This document shows positions 63,501 to 64,000 of a stretch of 64,000 nucleotides of DNA, one piece after another. The notes under the pieces were generated by a model, which was given only the letters and a program-made list of their open reading frames with translations, did not search any database and was not told the DNA's origin. Source of the stretch: Antedon mediterranea (Eukaryota; Animalia; Echinodermata); assembly GCF_964355755.1 (NCBI RefSeq), contig NC_092677.1, positions 890,101 to 954,100 of the forward strand. The letters run 5' to 3'. The translations under genes were made by a program, and so were the position numbers. How positions within the stretch are numbered: position 1 is the stretch's first letter; each line of letters begins with the position of its first letter.

Positions 63501-64000
63501 TTAATCAGATTTAGGGTAGCCATTTTTTCCATTTTTTATAATGCATAAATAAAATACTGCGTGCAAAAAAACGATGCGCGATGACTGTTTCAATCCATAT
63601 TTTTCAATTTAAAAAATAAAAGTTCAAAGAAAATTTAGAAAAATAGAGTTGGAGGTCCCGGAAATTGGACTTATTATACCTCAAAACATGAAAAAAAATA
63701 TATAAGTCCCTATCATGGGTTGTGACTGAGCTAAGAAATGTTAGATAGAGATGTTAGGTCCCGGAAAATGTACTTCTTGTTCTTCGAAATATGACCAGCT
63801 TTATTGTTGGGGCTGAGCTAAGAAAATGTTTAAAACTAGAGCTGCAGGTCTTCAAAAAATTGCATTTTATACTTTGGAAACATCAGGCCTAGAGGCTTAA
63901 AAAACGCAAGCGTAGACCTTTTTCAGTCGGGGAAAAAGGTTTATTCCTCTCAGGTGTATGCATGCGTACCATCTGGACTTCCGAGTGGTGAGAAATTCAT

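Noticed and set aside
62929-63532. ORFs of 69-120 aa in the GC-rich region
   Set aside because: They run through MITE-like GC-rich motifs and show no protein features.

Overview
Eukaryotic, AT-rich DNA, probably from a marine invertebrate (inference). No host gene is visible and almost the whole window is transposon. Bases 1-57884 form one co-oriented, head-to-tail cluster of Helentron-type rolling-circle elements. It holds two near-identical ~21-kb autonomous copies (1-11734, cut by the window edge, and 33752-54703; offset 42,969 bp). The full-length ORF encodes an intronless 3144-aa protein with a hydrophobic N-terminus, PHD finger, herpesvirus-tegument-like protease, OTU protease, 15-aa repeats, HUH Rep, Pif1 helicase and APE endonuclease. 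Between the copies lie 18 individually diverged non-autonomous units of ~1.15-1.6 kb. Two units of another family, carrying a tRNA-like segment, follow copy 2. All units share the left end CTAG-hairpin-GGTTATCCGC. Complete units share the right palindrome GGTTATCCGC..GCGGATAACC and join as ATAACC-AA-CTAG. Units missing a right end are largely balanced by orphan right ends stacked further on, like matching brackets. The outermost orphan end belongs to a fourth family and interrupts a LINE endonuclease ORF. I read this as a self-targeting, nested Helentron landing site. The autonomous element also carries non-coding micro-exon/intron repeat arrays on both sides of its ORF. The last 6 kb holds a LINE fragment, a TTAA-flanked MITE containing a 3.3-kb TG..CA foldback element, and GC-rich MITE-like ends.
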